A stretch of 48,722 bases of DNA from Candidatus Rokuibacteriota bacterium. Its GTDB lineage: Bacteria; Methylomirabilota; Methylomirabilia; Rokubacteriales; DASRDR01. Within the stretch, counting starts at the first letter, position 1. Each line of letters begins with the position of its first letter. The notes under the pieces are model-generated. The model did no database searches and had not been told where the DNA came from. It saw only the letters and a program-made list of their open reading frames with translations. The stretch covers positions 1 through 48,722 of the forward strand of contig JBIOTN010000053.1 in the NCBI GenBank assembly GCA_044866005.1. Reading direction: 5' to 3'. The translations under genes and the position numbers were made by a program. Shown piece after piece: positions 35,530 to 44,470 of the stretch.

Positions 35530-35548
35530 GGCGACTCGCCGGACCGGC

Positions 35549-36619
35549 TCAGGTGCCGGGCTTGAAGATCTCGCGGAAGAGCGCGACATGCCGATCGAAC
35601 TCCTCCATCGCCTGCGTGTCGAACGGCAGGAGGCGATAGGGCTTGAGATACGGCACCGTGACGTCCGGTCGCGCGGGGACCCGGTGGACCTCCCTCAGCG
35701 TCTCCATCCCGGCGCGGGAGATGATGAAGTCGTAGAAGAGCGCCGCGGCATGGTGGCTCGGTCCGGCGTTCGTCATGGCGATGCCGATCCGGTGGATCGG
35801 GATGACGCCGTCGAGCGCGGCCCAGTCGACCGGCGCGCCTTTGGCCTTGAGGCGCTCCACGTTGTGCACCTGGAGCTCCGCCGCCAGCGGAAACTCCCCC
35901 GCCGCGACGAGCTGGCCGATCAGGGAGTGCCCCTTCCGGAACTGGATCTCCTGGCGCGCGAGCTGCCGGAAGTACTCCAGCGCGGCGTCGCGGCCGTCGC
36001 GCTTCTCGAGGTACCGCAGCGAGGTGACGAACCAGGAGAAGGCTTCCGTCTCGAGCGCGATGACCCCCTTCCACCGGGGCAGCAGGAGGTCACGGTACGT
36101 CCGGGGCGCCGCCTCGCGCGGGACGAGCTTCGTGTTGTAGGCCACGACCCAGGCCGAGATGTACATGCCGGTCCAGTAGCCCTGGGGATCCTTCATCTCC
36201 GGAGGATAGGCCGCCTGCTCGGGCGACTCGTAGCGGACGAGCAGGTTCCGCTTCGTCAGGAAGCTCAGCTCGATCTCCGGCAGCGAGATCACGTCTGCCT
36301 TGAGGGCCTTCGCCCGTGACTCCGCCACGACCCGCTCGAGCATCTTCTCGCTGGGCGCGCGGAGGTGGTCCACCCGGAGGAAGGGGTAGTGCTCCTGGAA
36401 CTTCCGGATCAAGGCCAGGGAGTCCTCCACGTCGGCACTGGAGTACCAGAGGAGGCCGCCCTCCCGTCGCGCGCCCTCGAGGAGCCGGTTCGCGCGCTCC
36501 GCGCCGCGGAGGGAGGCGATCGCCCCGAGGGCCGCCTCGCGCGTCTGGGCCGGGGCGGGCCCGGGCAGCGTCAGGAGCAGGGCCAGGAGGAGCGGGCCAA
36601 CCCCGATCGTCCTCGCCAT
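35549..36619 (-). CDS. ABC extracellular solute-binding protein, FbpA/AfuA-like
   Basis: ATG 36619 (MARTIGVG) and a signal peptide; GARREGGLLWYSS, YNTKLV and DLLLPRWKG. Confidence 0.87.
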   Translation of the reverse strand: MARTIGVGPLLLALLLTLPGPAPAQTREAALGAIASLRGAERANRLLEGARREGGLLWYSSADVEDSLALIRKFQEHYPFLRVDHLRAPSEKMLERVVAESRAKALKADVISLPEIELSFLTKRNLLVRYESPEQAAYPPEMKDPQGYWTGMYISAWVVAYNTKLVPREAAPRTYRDLLLPRWKGVIALETEAFSWFVTSLRYLEKRDGRDAALEYFRQLARQEIQFRKGHSLIGQLVAAGEFPLAAELQVHNVERLKAKGAPVDWAALDGVIPIHRIGIAMTNAGPSHHAAALFYDFIISRAGMETLREVHRVPARPDVTVPYLKPYRLLPFDTQAMEEFDRHVALFREIFKPGT

Positions 36620-36636
36620 GGTGTGTCCCCGGCCGC

Positions 36637-37728
36637 TCAGAGACGGAGCAGGCGCGCCGCGTTCTCGCCCAGGATCAGCGCCTTGTCCCGGCTCGTCAGG
36701 TCCGTCCGTGCCGTCAAGCCGGCGACGGTGCGCGGATACTCCGAGTCGAAGTGCGGGTAGTCGGTGGCCAGGCAGATGTGGTCGGCCCCGATCTCGCCGA
36801 TCGCGACCGGCAGGAGCTTCTCGTCCACCTCGCAGGTCACGTAGCAGTTCCGCTTGACGTACTCGGAGGGCGGCATCGCGATCCGGTCGGCGCCGGTCAG
36901 GGTCGGCCGCTCCCTCGCCCACTCGTAGTCGTCGTCCATGCGGTGCATCCAGTAGAGGATCCACTCCGCGCTGCACTCGAAGAAGACCACCCGGAGCGAC
37001 GGGAACCGCTCCAGGACGCCGCCCAGCACCAGGGCGACGAGGGCGGCCGTGCAGTTCATGGGGCGGCCCAGCACGTGGAGCTTGAAGAAGCTGTCGAAGC
37101 GGTCGGTCAGGTCGCCGTCGCTGTTGGGGTGGCAGAAGAGCGGCACGCCGAGCTGCTCCGCCGCCTCGTAATAGGGATAGAAGACCGGGTCGTCCAGATT
37201 CCGCGGCCCGCAGTAGGCGACGAGGTGCGCGGCCTTCATGCCGAGCTCGCCCACGCACCGCCGGAGCTCGCTCGCCATCTCGTCCGGGCACCCGGCCGGC
37301 GCCATGGCCACCGGCAGGAACAGCTCCTCGTACCCCTTGACCAGGCCGGTGACCCAGTTGTTGTAGGCCCGGCAGAGCGCCACCCCCAGGCCCCCCACGT
37401 TCCGCGTCGGAATGCCGATGCCGGTCGGAAAGATCACCTGCGCGTCGATCCCTTCCTTCCGGACGTCCTGGCGCCGTCGCTCCATGTCGTACCCGCCGAC
37501 CTGTCGCTCGGCCATCTCCGGGCAGAGCTCGGGATCGTACATGTACGGGTGCTTGAAGATGGCACGCGCCCGGGGGTCTCCGACCTCCAGGGCGTGGACG
37601 AAGCGCGTCTGATGATGCCGGCCGGTCCCCACGCGCACCGGGGTGTGCTTCGCGTACGGCTCCTCGAGGCGGTAGACCTCGTCCAGGAAGTAGCCTTCCC
37701 GCAGGTGGGAGTCCAGATCGACGATCAT
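36637..37728 (-). CDS. amidohydrolase_2 family protein
   Basis: IVDLDSH, RAYNNW, PLFCHP, GGVLERFP.L and ATDYPHFD motifs. Confidence 0.9.
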   Translation of the reverse strand: MIVDLDSHLREGYFLDEVYRLEEPYAKHTPVRVGTGRHHQTRFVHALEVGDPRARAIFKHPYMYDPELCPEMAERQVGGYDMERRRQDVRKEGIDAQVIFPTGIGIPTRNVGGLGVALCRAYNNWVTGLVKGYEELFLPVAMAPAGCPDEMASELRRCVGELGMKAAHLVAYCGPRNLDDPVFYPYYEAAEQLGVPLFCHPNSDGDLTDRFDSFFKLHVLGRPMNCTAALVALVLGGVLERFPSLRVVFFECSAEWILYWMHRMDDDYEWARERPTLTGADRIAMPPSEYVKRNCYVTCEVDEKLLPVAIGEIGADHICLATDYPHFDSEYPRTVAGLTARTDLTSRDKALILGENAARLLRL

Positions 37729-37750
37729 GGCGGGCCGCCCCTCTCGCTGT

Positions 37751-37780
37751 ACCGTAGCAAAGGCCCGGGGCGGCCCACAA
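37751..37780 (-). promoter_or_regulatory. possible internal promoter for the amidohydrolase-SBP operon
   Basis: Minus strand TTGTGG-N18-TACGGT with an extended -10 TGn, about 20 nt before ATG 37728. Confidence 0.4.
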
Positions 37781-37798
37781 GCGTCTCCCCCGGGGCGG

Positions 37799-38149
37799 TC
37801 ACTCGATGGGGACGAAGATGCAGTGTCGGAGCGTGTCGCCGACCGCCTTCGAGAGGTGCCCCTTGCCCTTGGTGTCCTCGACCAGCAGGACCTCGCCGGC
37901 GCCGATGACCCGGCTCTCGCCGTCGCTCGCGGTGATCCGCACGCCGGCGTCGAGGTTGATGATGTACTGGCGGCGGGGCGCGTTGTGCCAGTCGAGGTCG
38001 TAGGTCGGAGGCACCTGACGGAAGATGATCCCGGCGGCGGGAAACCGCCGGGAGGTCCGCCCGCTCCGGGTCTCCTCGACCCACTCCACCTCGATGTCCC
38101 GGAAGTGGGACTCCCCGCTCGGGTCGGCGTAGAGGTTGTGGATGCGCAT
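37799..38149 (-). CDS. small cupin-like protein
   Basis: AAGGAG RBS before ATG 38149 (MRIHNLYAD..GESHF). Motifs WHNAPRRQ and EDTKGKGH. Confidence 0.82.
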   Translation of the reverse strand: MRIHNLYADPSGESHFRDIEVEWVEETRSGRTSRRFPAAGIIFRQVPPTYDLDWHNAPRRQYIINLDAGVRITASDGESRVIGAGEVLLVEDTKGKGHLSKAVGDTLRHCIFVPIE

Positions 38150-38302
38150 GCCCGCTCCTTCCGGTTGCGCGCTCCGGGCCAGAAAGCGCGCGGTCAGCGC
38201 CACGAACTCCGCGGCGGCGTCTCGACTCGTCATGGCCTGGCTCGGATCGCGGGGGTGGAGGATCCCGGGCTCGTCCCGTCGGGTGAGGTGCCGGTGTCGA
38301 GC

Positions 38303-38332
38303 ACGTTAGCAAGGCGAGCGCGCGAGCGTCAA
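38303..38332 (-). promoter_or_regulatory. sigma70-type promoter, leftward
   Basis: Minus strand TTGACG-N18-TAACGT with TGn. Confidence 0.6.
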
Positions 38333-38381
38333 GCCGGCGTGCGCCGGCGCGACGCCGCCGGTGCGCGCGGCCCGCACCGGC

Positions 38382-38411
38382 TTGACAGGCCGGCCCGCTC
38401 CTGCCTAGCGT
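38382..38411 (+). promoter_or_regulatory. sigma70-type promoter, rightward
   Basis: TTGACA-N18-TAGCGT, 32 nt before ATG 38444. Confidence 0.6.
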
Positions 38412-38443
38412 GGTTCCAGGGTGCCCCGCCGGAGGCGCAGGCC

Positions 38444-39424
38444 ATGAACCGCACCGCCGTCCTCGGGCTGGCCGTCGTCGTCGTCGCCCTGGCGCCGCCG
38501 ATCTCTCCGGCGGCGCCCGGGGAGCGCCTGGCGCTCAGCGCGACGAGCCCCACCGCCTCGGAGTGGGACCTCCTGACGGCGCGGGACCAGGGCCTCTTCG
38601 CCCGCGAGGAGCTGGACGTCCAGGTGAGCTACATGGCTCCCCAGCTCGTCATCCAGGCGCTCCTGGCCGGCCAGGTCCACGTCGCGCGCTCGGGCACCCA
38701 CTTCGGCGTCATGGCCGCCAGCCGGGGCGCCGATCTCCGGATCGTCGCCGCCGCCCTCTACGGCTACCCCTACGACCTCATCAGCCGCCCCGAGGTCACG
38801 TCGCTGGCCGATCTCCGCGGCCAGAAGATCGCCGCGGCCTCGCTGGCCAGCATCACCACGGTCATCTTCAAGGACGTGATGGCGCGGAACGGGATCCGCC
38901 CGTCGGAGTACACGCTGCTGTTCGTGGGCGGGAGCGCGGAGCGGTACCAGACGTTGCTCTCCGGCCAGGTGGCCGCCTCGCTGGCCGAGAACCCGCCCTT
39001 CAACTACCGGGCGCTCGACGCGGGCCACCGCCTCCTCTTGCGGTACAACGACCTGATCCGGAACCTGCAATACGTCTCGTATTTCGTCGCCTCGAAGTGG
39101 GCGGCCGAGAACCGGCCGCTCCTGACCCGGTTTCTCCGCGCCGTGGTCCGGGCCCAGCGGTGGCTCAACGATCCCGCCAACGAGCGGCAGGCCGTCCGGA
39201 CGCTCGGGCAGCACCTGCGGATCGACGAGCGCACGGCGTCCCAGACCTACCGGCACATGATCGTCGACGGGAAGGCCTACCGCGGCGAGGCGGCGATCGA
39301 CGGCCCGGGGCTCGCCGAGGTCGTCCGGATCCTCGCCGACTACGACCTCGTCGCCAGGCGGGAGCCCTGGGAGGTCTTCGCGGACCCGTCCTACGTGCAG
39401 GCCGCCCGGACCTCGGCCGAGTGA
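38444..39424 (+). CDS. ABC solute-binding protein, NMT1/SsuA-like
   Basis: GGAGG before ATG 38444 (MNRTAVLG) and a signal peptide; GLFAREELDV, DLRGQKIA and RFLRAV.RA..WL.DPAN. Confidence 0.87.
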   Translation: MNRTAVLGLAVVVVALAPPISPAAPGERLALSATSPTASEWDLLTARDQGLFAREELDVQVSYMAPQLVIQALLAGQVHVARSGTHFGVMAASRGADLRIVAAALYGYPYDLISRPEVTSLADLRGQKIAAASLASITTVIFKDVMARNGIRPSEYTLLFVGGSAERYQTLLSGQVAASLAENPPFNYRALDAGHRLLLRYNDLIRNLQYVSYFVASKWAAENRPLLTRFLRAVVRAQRWLNDPANERQAVRTLGQHLRIDERTASQTYRHMIVDGKAYRGEAAIDGPGLAEVVRILADYDLVARREPWEVFADPSYVQAARTSAE

Positions 39425-39495
39425 CCGCCCGGGTCCCGCCGAACCGGCCCGCGCCCCCCGCCCGTCTTACCGATCGTCCCCGCGCCGAGCCCCAG

Positions 39496-39525
39496 TTGAC
39501 AGCACGCGCGCGCCGCCTCTATAAC
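39496..39525 (+). promoter_or_regulatory. sigma70-type promoter of the TetR/CoA operon
   Basis: TTGACA-N18-TATAAC, only 15 nt before ATG 39541 (very short leader). Confidence 0.65.
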
Positions 39526-39534
39526 GAACGCTAG
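39521..39534. promoter_or_regulatory. candidate TetR operator ATAACGAACGCTAG
   Basis: Imperfect palindrome overlapping the -10/+1 region directly upstream of the TetR gene. Confidence 0.45.
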
Positions 39535-39540
39535 ATAGAG

Positions 39541-40155
39541 ATGGCCGCCCTCGCCCCCCCTGCCCCGCGTGCCGCCGCCCCCGAGCGGATCCTCCGCGCG
39601 GCGACCGCGCTCTTCCGCGAGCGCGGCTACCATGGCACCTCCGTGCGGACGCTGGCGCGCGCGCTCCGCGTGGAGGTCCCCAGCCTCTACTACCATTTCC
39701 CCTCCAAGCAGGAGATCCTCTTCGCCCTTCTCGACCGCACGCTCGACGAGCTCCTGCACGGCCTGGGGCGGGCCGTGGCGGCGGCCCATGGCGCGGAGGC
39801 GCGATTCCGGGCGGCCGTGCGCTTCCACGTCCTCTTCCACGCCCACCGCCGCCACGAGGCGTTCCTGAGCCACAGCGAGCTGCGCTCGCTGACCCCGGCC
39901 AACCTGCGCCGCATCATCGCCAAGCGCGACGACTACGAGCGCGTGTTCCGCGACCTCCTCGCCGCCGGCGTCCGGGCCGGCGTCTTCCACGTGCCCGACG
40001 TGAAGCTGACGGCCATGGCCGTGCTCACCATGTGCACGGGGGTGGCGACGTGGTTCTTCGAAGGCGGGCGGCTCGCCCCCGAGGCCATCGCCGACCGCTA
40101 CGTCGAGCTGATCGTGCGCAGCGTCGATCGGCGCGCGAAAGGACCTCTGTCATGA
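39541..40155 (+). CDS. TetR-family regulator (KstR2/PaaR-like)
   Basis: HTH ILRAA..LF.ERGY.GTSVR..A...SLYYHFPSKQEIL. C-terminal ELRSL...RDDYE and W....GRL.PE.IA motifs. Confidence 0.93.
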   Translation: MAALAPPAPRAAAPERILRAATALFRERGYHGTSVRTLARALRVEVPSLYYHFPSKQEILFALLDRTLDELLHGLGRAVAAAHGAEARFRAAVRFHVLFHAHRRHEAFLSHSELRSLTPANLRRIIAKRDDYERVFRDLLAAGVRAGVFHVPDVKLTAMAVLTMCTGVATWFFEGGRLAPEAIADRYVELIVRSVDRRAKGPLS

Positions 40156-40934
40156 CCTTCACCACCCTTCGCTACGACCTGCAGGACGGGATCGCCACCG
40201 TCACGCTGGATCGGCCCGAGAAGAACAACGCGATCTCGACCGAGATGCGCGCGGACTTCCGGGCGCTGGCCGACGAGCTGTACGCGAACGCCGCGGTGCG
40301 GGTGGCCATCGTCACCGGCAGCGGCAAGGCCTTCTGCGTCGGCGCCGACGTCGCCACCTTCGAGCGCGACTGGGAGACGCCGGCCTTCCGCGCCAACACG
40401 CGCCTGCTCACGAACTTCTTCAACGACCTCGAGGCGCTGGAGAAGCCGGTCATCGCGGCGATCAACGGGACGTGCGTGGGCGGCGGGCTCGAGCTCGCCC
40501 TGGCCTGCGACCTGCGACTGGCCGCCCGCGCCGCCCGCTTCGGCCTGCCCGAGAACAACCTCGGCCTCATCCCCGGCGTCGGCGGCTGCTCGCGGCTCGC
40601 CAAGCTGGTGGGGTTCGGGCGCGCCAAGGAGCTGGTGCTGACCGGGGAGATCATCACGGCCGAGGAGGCGCTCCGGCACGGCCTCGTCAACCGGGTCGTG
40701 GACGACGGCGCCCTCCCGGGGGAGGCGCGGGCCCTGGCCGAGCGGCTCAGGGGGCGCGCGCCGCAGGCGCTGGGGATCGCCAAGCGCGTGCTCCTGACCT
40801 GCATGAGCGCGGACCTCCAGACGGGGCGGACCCTGGAGAGCTTCGGACAGTCCATCCTCCTGAAGACGCGGGACCACCGAGAAGGGGTGACGGCGTTTCG
40901 CGAAAAGCGGCGGCCGGCCTTCGACGGGCGGTGA
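40152..40934 (+). CDS. enoyl-CoA hydratase/isomerase (crotonase) family protein 1
   Basis: ATG 40152 overlaps the TetR stop. Motifs FCVGAD, KPVIAAING.CVGGGLELALACD, GLPE..LGLIPG and AFREKRRPAF.GR. Confidence 0.93.
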   Translation: MTFTTLRYDLQDGIATVTLDRPEKNNAISTEMRADFRALADELYANAAVRVAIVTGSGKAFCVGADVATFERDWETPAFRANTRLLTNFFNDLEALEKPVIAAINGTCVGGGLELALACDLRLAARAARFGLPENNLGLIPGVGGCSRLAKLVGFGRAKELVLTGEIITAEEALRHGLVNRVVDDGALPGEARALAERLRGRAPQALGIAKRVLLTCMSADLQTGRTLESFGQSILLKTRDHREGVTAFREKRRPAFDGR

Positions 40935-40945
40935 AGGAGCCAGTC

Positions 40946-41671
40946 ATGGAGACGCCATTCCGGGACACGGTCGAGGCGGCCGACGTGCCGAAGATGCCCG
41001 CGGAGTACCAGGACCTGATCAAGCGGGTCCTCGCCATCCAGGCCGACTGCGAGATCGGCGGGCCCCACCTCTACGTGCGGAACATCCTGCCCGCGGCGCC
41101 CTCGCGGCTCGACCAGCTCATCGTGGCGCGCACCGCCGCCGAGGAGGCCGATCACTACCGGAAGGTGGCCCGGCTGGCCGGCGAGCTGGGCGTGGACGTC
41201 TCCTACCTCCTCCGCCGGCCCAACCGGGAGCGCTACCTGACGGCCTTCCGGGGCGAGATCACGACCTGGGAAGACTTCGCCGTCTTCGGGTTCCTCATCG
41301 ACCGGGTGGGCCGGTACCAGCTCGAGGAGTTCGTCGGCGGCAGTTACGCGCCGCTCGACCGCATCCTGCCGGACGTCATCATCGAGGAGCAGGGGCACAT
41401 CGACTACGGGCAGAACAAGACCGCGGAGTTCGCGGCCAAGGGCGGCGAGGCGCAGGCGCGGGCGCAGCGGGCCCTTGACGCCTGGTATCCGAAGGGCCTC
41501 GACATGTTCGGCAGCAGCACGTCGAGGCGCTCGGAGCGGTACCGCCACTGGGGCATCAAGCGCCGGACCAACGCCGAGGCGCGCGAGGCGTACATCCGGG
41601 AGGTCACGCCCCTCATCCAGGCGATGGGGCTGACGGTCCCCGACCCGACCGTGGGCCGTCAGTTCATGTAG
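40946..41671 (+). CDS. ferritin-like di-iron protein of the PaaA/BoxB (aryl-CoA epoxidase) family, 241 aa
   Basis: AAGGAG RBS. Ligand pattern QADCE, EEADH, LIDRVG and EEQGH, plus AQRALDAWYP..LDMFG and WGIKRRTN.E.R typical of PaaA. Confidence 0.85.
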   Translation: METPFRDTVEAADVPKMPAEYQDLIKRVLAIQADCEIGGPHLYVRNILPAAPSRLDQLIVARTAAEEADHYRKVARLAGELGVDVSYLLRRPNRERYLTAFRGEITTWEDFAVFGFLIDRVGRYQLEEFVGGSYAPLDRILPDVIIEEQGHIDYGQNKTAEFAAKGGEAQARAQRALDAWYPKGLDMFGSSTSRRSERYRHWGIKRRTNAEAREAYIREVTPLIQAMGLTVPDPTVGRQFM

Positions 41672-41688
41672 GCCCGGAGGGCCCGACC

Positions 41689-41892
41689 ATGGTGCCAGCG
41701 CCGAACACCGACGCCCTGGACGAGTACATGGAGGAGATGGTCCGGGCCCTCCATGCGGCCGTCAGCCGGGCCATGCCGCAGGTCGGCCGCAACCCCACGC
41801 TCGTGGACCAGGCCCTTCGAGACTGCCGGGAGATCCTCGAGGTCGTCCTGGAAGGCAACGTCTCGGAGTGGCTCGCGGAGAAGCGATCCTGA
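41689..41892 (+). CDS. hypothetical 67-aa helical protein
   Basis: GGAGG RBS, coding-like G/C-ending codons, and it fills the gap between the di-iron gene and etfB. Confidence 0.7.
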   Translation: MVPAPNTDALDEYMEEMVRALHAAVSRAMPQVGRNPTLVDQALRDCREILEVVLEGNVSEWLAEKRS

Positions 41893-42671
41893 ACGTCGTC
41901 GTCTGCGCCAAGGTCGTTCCGGTCGGCTCGGTGACGATCCAGATCGACCCCGCCGCCCGGCGGATGATCCGGAAGGACGTCAGCCAGGAGCTGGACCCCC
42001 AGGCCGCGAAGGCGCTGGAGGAAGCCCTGCGCCTGACGGAGCAGCAGGGCGGCACCGTGACGCTGGTCGTCATGGGCGGCGACGACGCGACGATCGGGAT
42101 CCGCACCGCCCTGGCCATGGGCGCGACCGCCGCCGTCCACCTCTCGGATCCGGCCCTCGCCGGGTCCGACGCGCTGGGCACCGCGAAGGCGCTCGCCGCG
42201 GCCATCCGGAAGGGCGGCCCCTTCGACCTCGTCCTCTGCGCCACCGAGTCGAGCGACAGCTACACCGGGCTCGTCCCGGGCCAGCTCGCCCAGCTCCTCG
42301 GCCTCCCGCCGCTGACCTTCGCCACCGCGCTGACCGTGGAGGGGACCCGCCTCACGATCAAGCGCCAGAGCGAAGGCGGCTACGACGTCGTCACCTCCGA
42401 GCTTCCGGCGCTGGTGACCGTCACCACCGGCATCAACGAGCCCCGCTACCCCACCCTCAAGGGGATCATCGGCGCCAAGAAGAAGGAGATCCGGAGGTAC
42501 ACGGCCGCGGACCTCGGGCTCTCGCCGGCCGAGGTCGGCGAGAGCGGCGCCCGCGAGAAGGTCCTCACGGTGGGACGGCCGCCCGCGCGGCCGCCCGGCA
42601 CGATCGTCCAGGACGATGGCGGGGCCGGCAGGCAGATCGCCGACTTCCTCGCCGACCTGAAGCTGATCTGA
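41868..42671 (+). CDS. etfB: electron transfer flavoprotein beta subunit
   Basis: [21 protein letters not shown] and INEPRYP.LKGI..AKKK motifs. The true start is possibly CTG 41889. Confidence 0.93.
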   Translation: MARGEAILNVVVCAKVVPVGSVTIQIDPAARRMIRKDVSQELDPQAAKALEEALRLTEQQGGTVTLVVMGGDDATIGIRTALAMGATAAVHLSDPALAGSDALGTAKALAAAIRKGGPFDLVLCATESSDSYTGLVPGQLAQLLGLPPLTFATALTVEGTRLTIKRQSEGGYDVVTSELPALVTVTTGINEPRYPTLKGIIGAKKKEIRRYTAADLGLSPAEVGESGAREKVLTVGRPPARPPGTIVQDDGGAGRQIADFLADLKLI

Positions 42672-42685
42672 GCGCGCCGCGGGAC

Positions 42686-43654
42686 ATGGCCGAGCGCATC
42701 TGGGTCTACGGCGAGACGATCGACGGGCGGATCTCCCGCGCCACGCTGGAGATGCTGTCGAAGGCCGCCGAGCTGGGCACGGCGGAAGCGGTGCTGCTCG
42801 GCCCCGCGCCGGACGACGCCGTTCCCGCCCTGGCGGCGCACGGCGCGAGCACGGTGTACCGGTCGGCCGACCCCGTCTATCGGGACTGCCTGACGCTCCC
42901 GGCGGTGGAGACGGTGGCGACGCTGATCGCCGCCCACCGGCCGGCGGTCATGCTCTTCGCGTCGAGCTACGCGGGGCGCGACGTCGCCGCGGCGCTCTCG
43001 GCGCGGCTGGACTGCGGCGCCCTCACCGACGTGGGCGGGCTCGCGCTCCGGGACGGGGCCATCGAGGCCACGATCCCGGCCCTGGGCGGAAGCTATCTGA
43101 ACACGAGCACGCTCACCGGGCCGGGCACGAAGCTCGTCCTGGTGCGCCCGAAGGCGTTCGAGGCTCGGCCGCGCGAGACCCGCGCGACGGTCCAGGAGGT
43201 CTCGCCGCCGCACGACGCGGCGCTCCGGAAGATCCGCGTGACCGACCGCGTGGTGGCCGCGCGCGAAGGGCCCCAGCTCGAGGACTCCCGGGTCATCGTC
43301 TCGGGCGGCCGCGGCCTCAAGGCGCCGGAGCACTTCGCGCTCCTCCAGGAGCTGGCGGGGCTCCTGGGGGGCGCCGTCGGGGCGACGCGCGCGGCGGTCG
43401 ACGCGGCGTGGGTCCCCTACGCCCTGCAGATCGGGCAGACCGGCAAGACCGTGAAGCCGGACCTCTACATCGCGTGCGGGATCTCCGGGGCGATCCAGCA
43501 CCTGGCCGGCATGAAGGGATCGAAGACCATCGTCGCCATCAACACCGATCGGGACGCGCCGATCTTCCAGGTGGCCGACCTCGGCGTGGTCGGCGACGTG
43601 TTCAAGGTCGTGCCTCAGCTGATCGAAGAGCTGAAGCGGCGCAAAGGGGCGTGA
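42686..43654 (+). CDS. etfA: electron transfer flavoprotein alpha subunit
   Basis: ATG 42686 (MAERIWVY). Motifs [41 protein letters not shown] and AINTD..APIF. Confidence 0.95.
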   Translation: MAERIWVYGETIDGRISRATLEMLSKAAELGTAEAVLLGPAPDDAVPALAAHGASTVYRSADPVYRDCLTLPAVETVATLIAAHRPAVMLFASSYAGRDVAAALSARLDCGALTDVGGLALRDGAIEATIPALGGSYLNTSTLTGPGTKLVLVRPKAFEARPRETRATVQEVSPPHDAALRKIRVTDRVVAAREGPQLEDSRVIVSGGRGLKAPEHFALLQELAGLLGGAVGATRAAVDAAWVPYALQIGQTGKTVKPDLYIACGISGAIQHLAGMKGSKTIVAINTDRDAPIFQVADLGVVGDVFKVVPQLIEELKRRKGA

Positions 43655-43667
43655 GAAGGAGACCGCG

Positions 43668-44450
43668 ATGGCCCTGGTGAACTACACGGCGAAGGACGGC
43701 GTGGCGGTGCTGGAGCTCAGCAACCCGCCGGCGAACTCCTACACCCACGAGATGCTGCGCGAGCTGGACGAGGCGATCCTGAAGGCCCGGTTCGACGAGG
43801 GCGTGCACGTCCTCGTCCTGCGCGGGGCCGGCGAGAAGTTCTTCTGCGCCGGCGCCCACATCGACCTCCTGTCCAAGGCCACCAGCGAGTACAAGCGGAG
43901 CTTCGTGCTCCACGGGCACGAGACGCTGGTGCGCCTCACGAACACCCCCAAGCTCGTGATCGCGGCGATCAACGGCCACGCCACGGGCGGCGGCCTGGAG
44001 ATCGCGCTGTCCTGCGACGTTCGCATCGGCGTCGAGGGCGTCGGCAAGCTCGGGCTGCCCGAGTCGGCGCTGGGCGTGATGCCGGGAATGGGCGGGACCC
44101 AGCGGCTCACGCGCGTCATCGGCACGGGCAAGGCGATCGAGATGATGGCCCTCGCGGAGACCGTGGGCATGGACGAGGCGCTGCGGCTGGGCCTCCTCCA
44201 GCATCTCTGGCCGGCGGAAGGGTGGTGGGACCGAGTGCTGGACCACGCCCGGAAGTTCGTCCCCCCGGCCCGCGCCAGCAAGGTCGTCGGCCTCATCAAG
44301 CGCGCCGCCCAGTCGGGTGCGGAAGCCTCGCTGGGCGAGGGCCTCGCCCTGGAGCGGGAGATGATCCAGCAGGCGTTCGAGAGCCGGGACGCGGCGGAGG
44401 GCCTCCGGGCGTTCCTGGAGAAGCGGAAAGCCAACTTCACGGGCGTCTGA
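43668..44450 (+). CDS. enoyl-CoA hydratase/isomerase family protein 2
   Basis: AAGGAG RBS. Motifs FFCAGA, IAAINGHATGGGLEIAL.CD and GLPE.ALGVMPG.GGTQRL. Confidence 0.93.
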   Translation: MALVNYTAKDGVAVLELSNPPANSYTHEMLRELDEAILKARFDEGVHVLVLRGAGEKFFCAGAHIDLLSKATSEYKRSFVLHGHETLVRLTNTPKLVIAAINGHATGGGLEIALSCDVRIGVEGVGKLGLPESALGVMPGMGGTQRLTRVIGTGKAIEMMALAETVGMDEALRLGLLQHLWPAEGWWDRVLDHARKFVPPARASKVVGLIKRAAQSGAEASLGEGLALEREMIQQAFESRDAAEGLRAFLEKRKANFTGV

Positions 44451-44470
44451 CGGGGCGCGGAGGCCGCGGA

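Noticed and set aside
38150..38233. 28-aa N-terminal extension of the cupin-like protein
   Set aside because: A strong AAGGAG SD precedes ATG 38149, which gives the typical N-terminus. The upstream ATG has no convincing SD.
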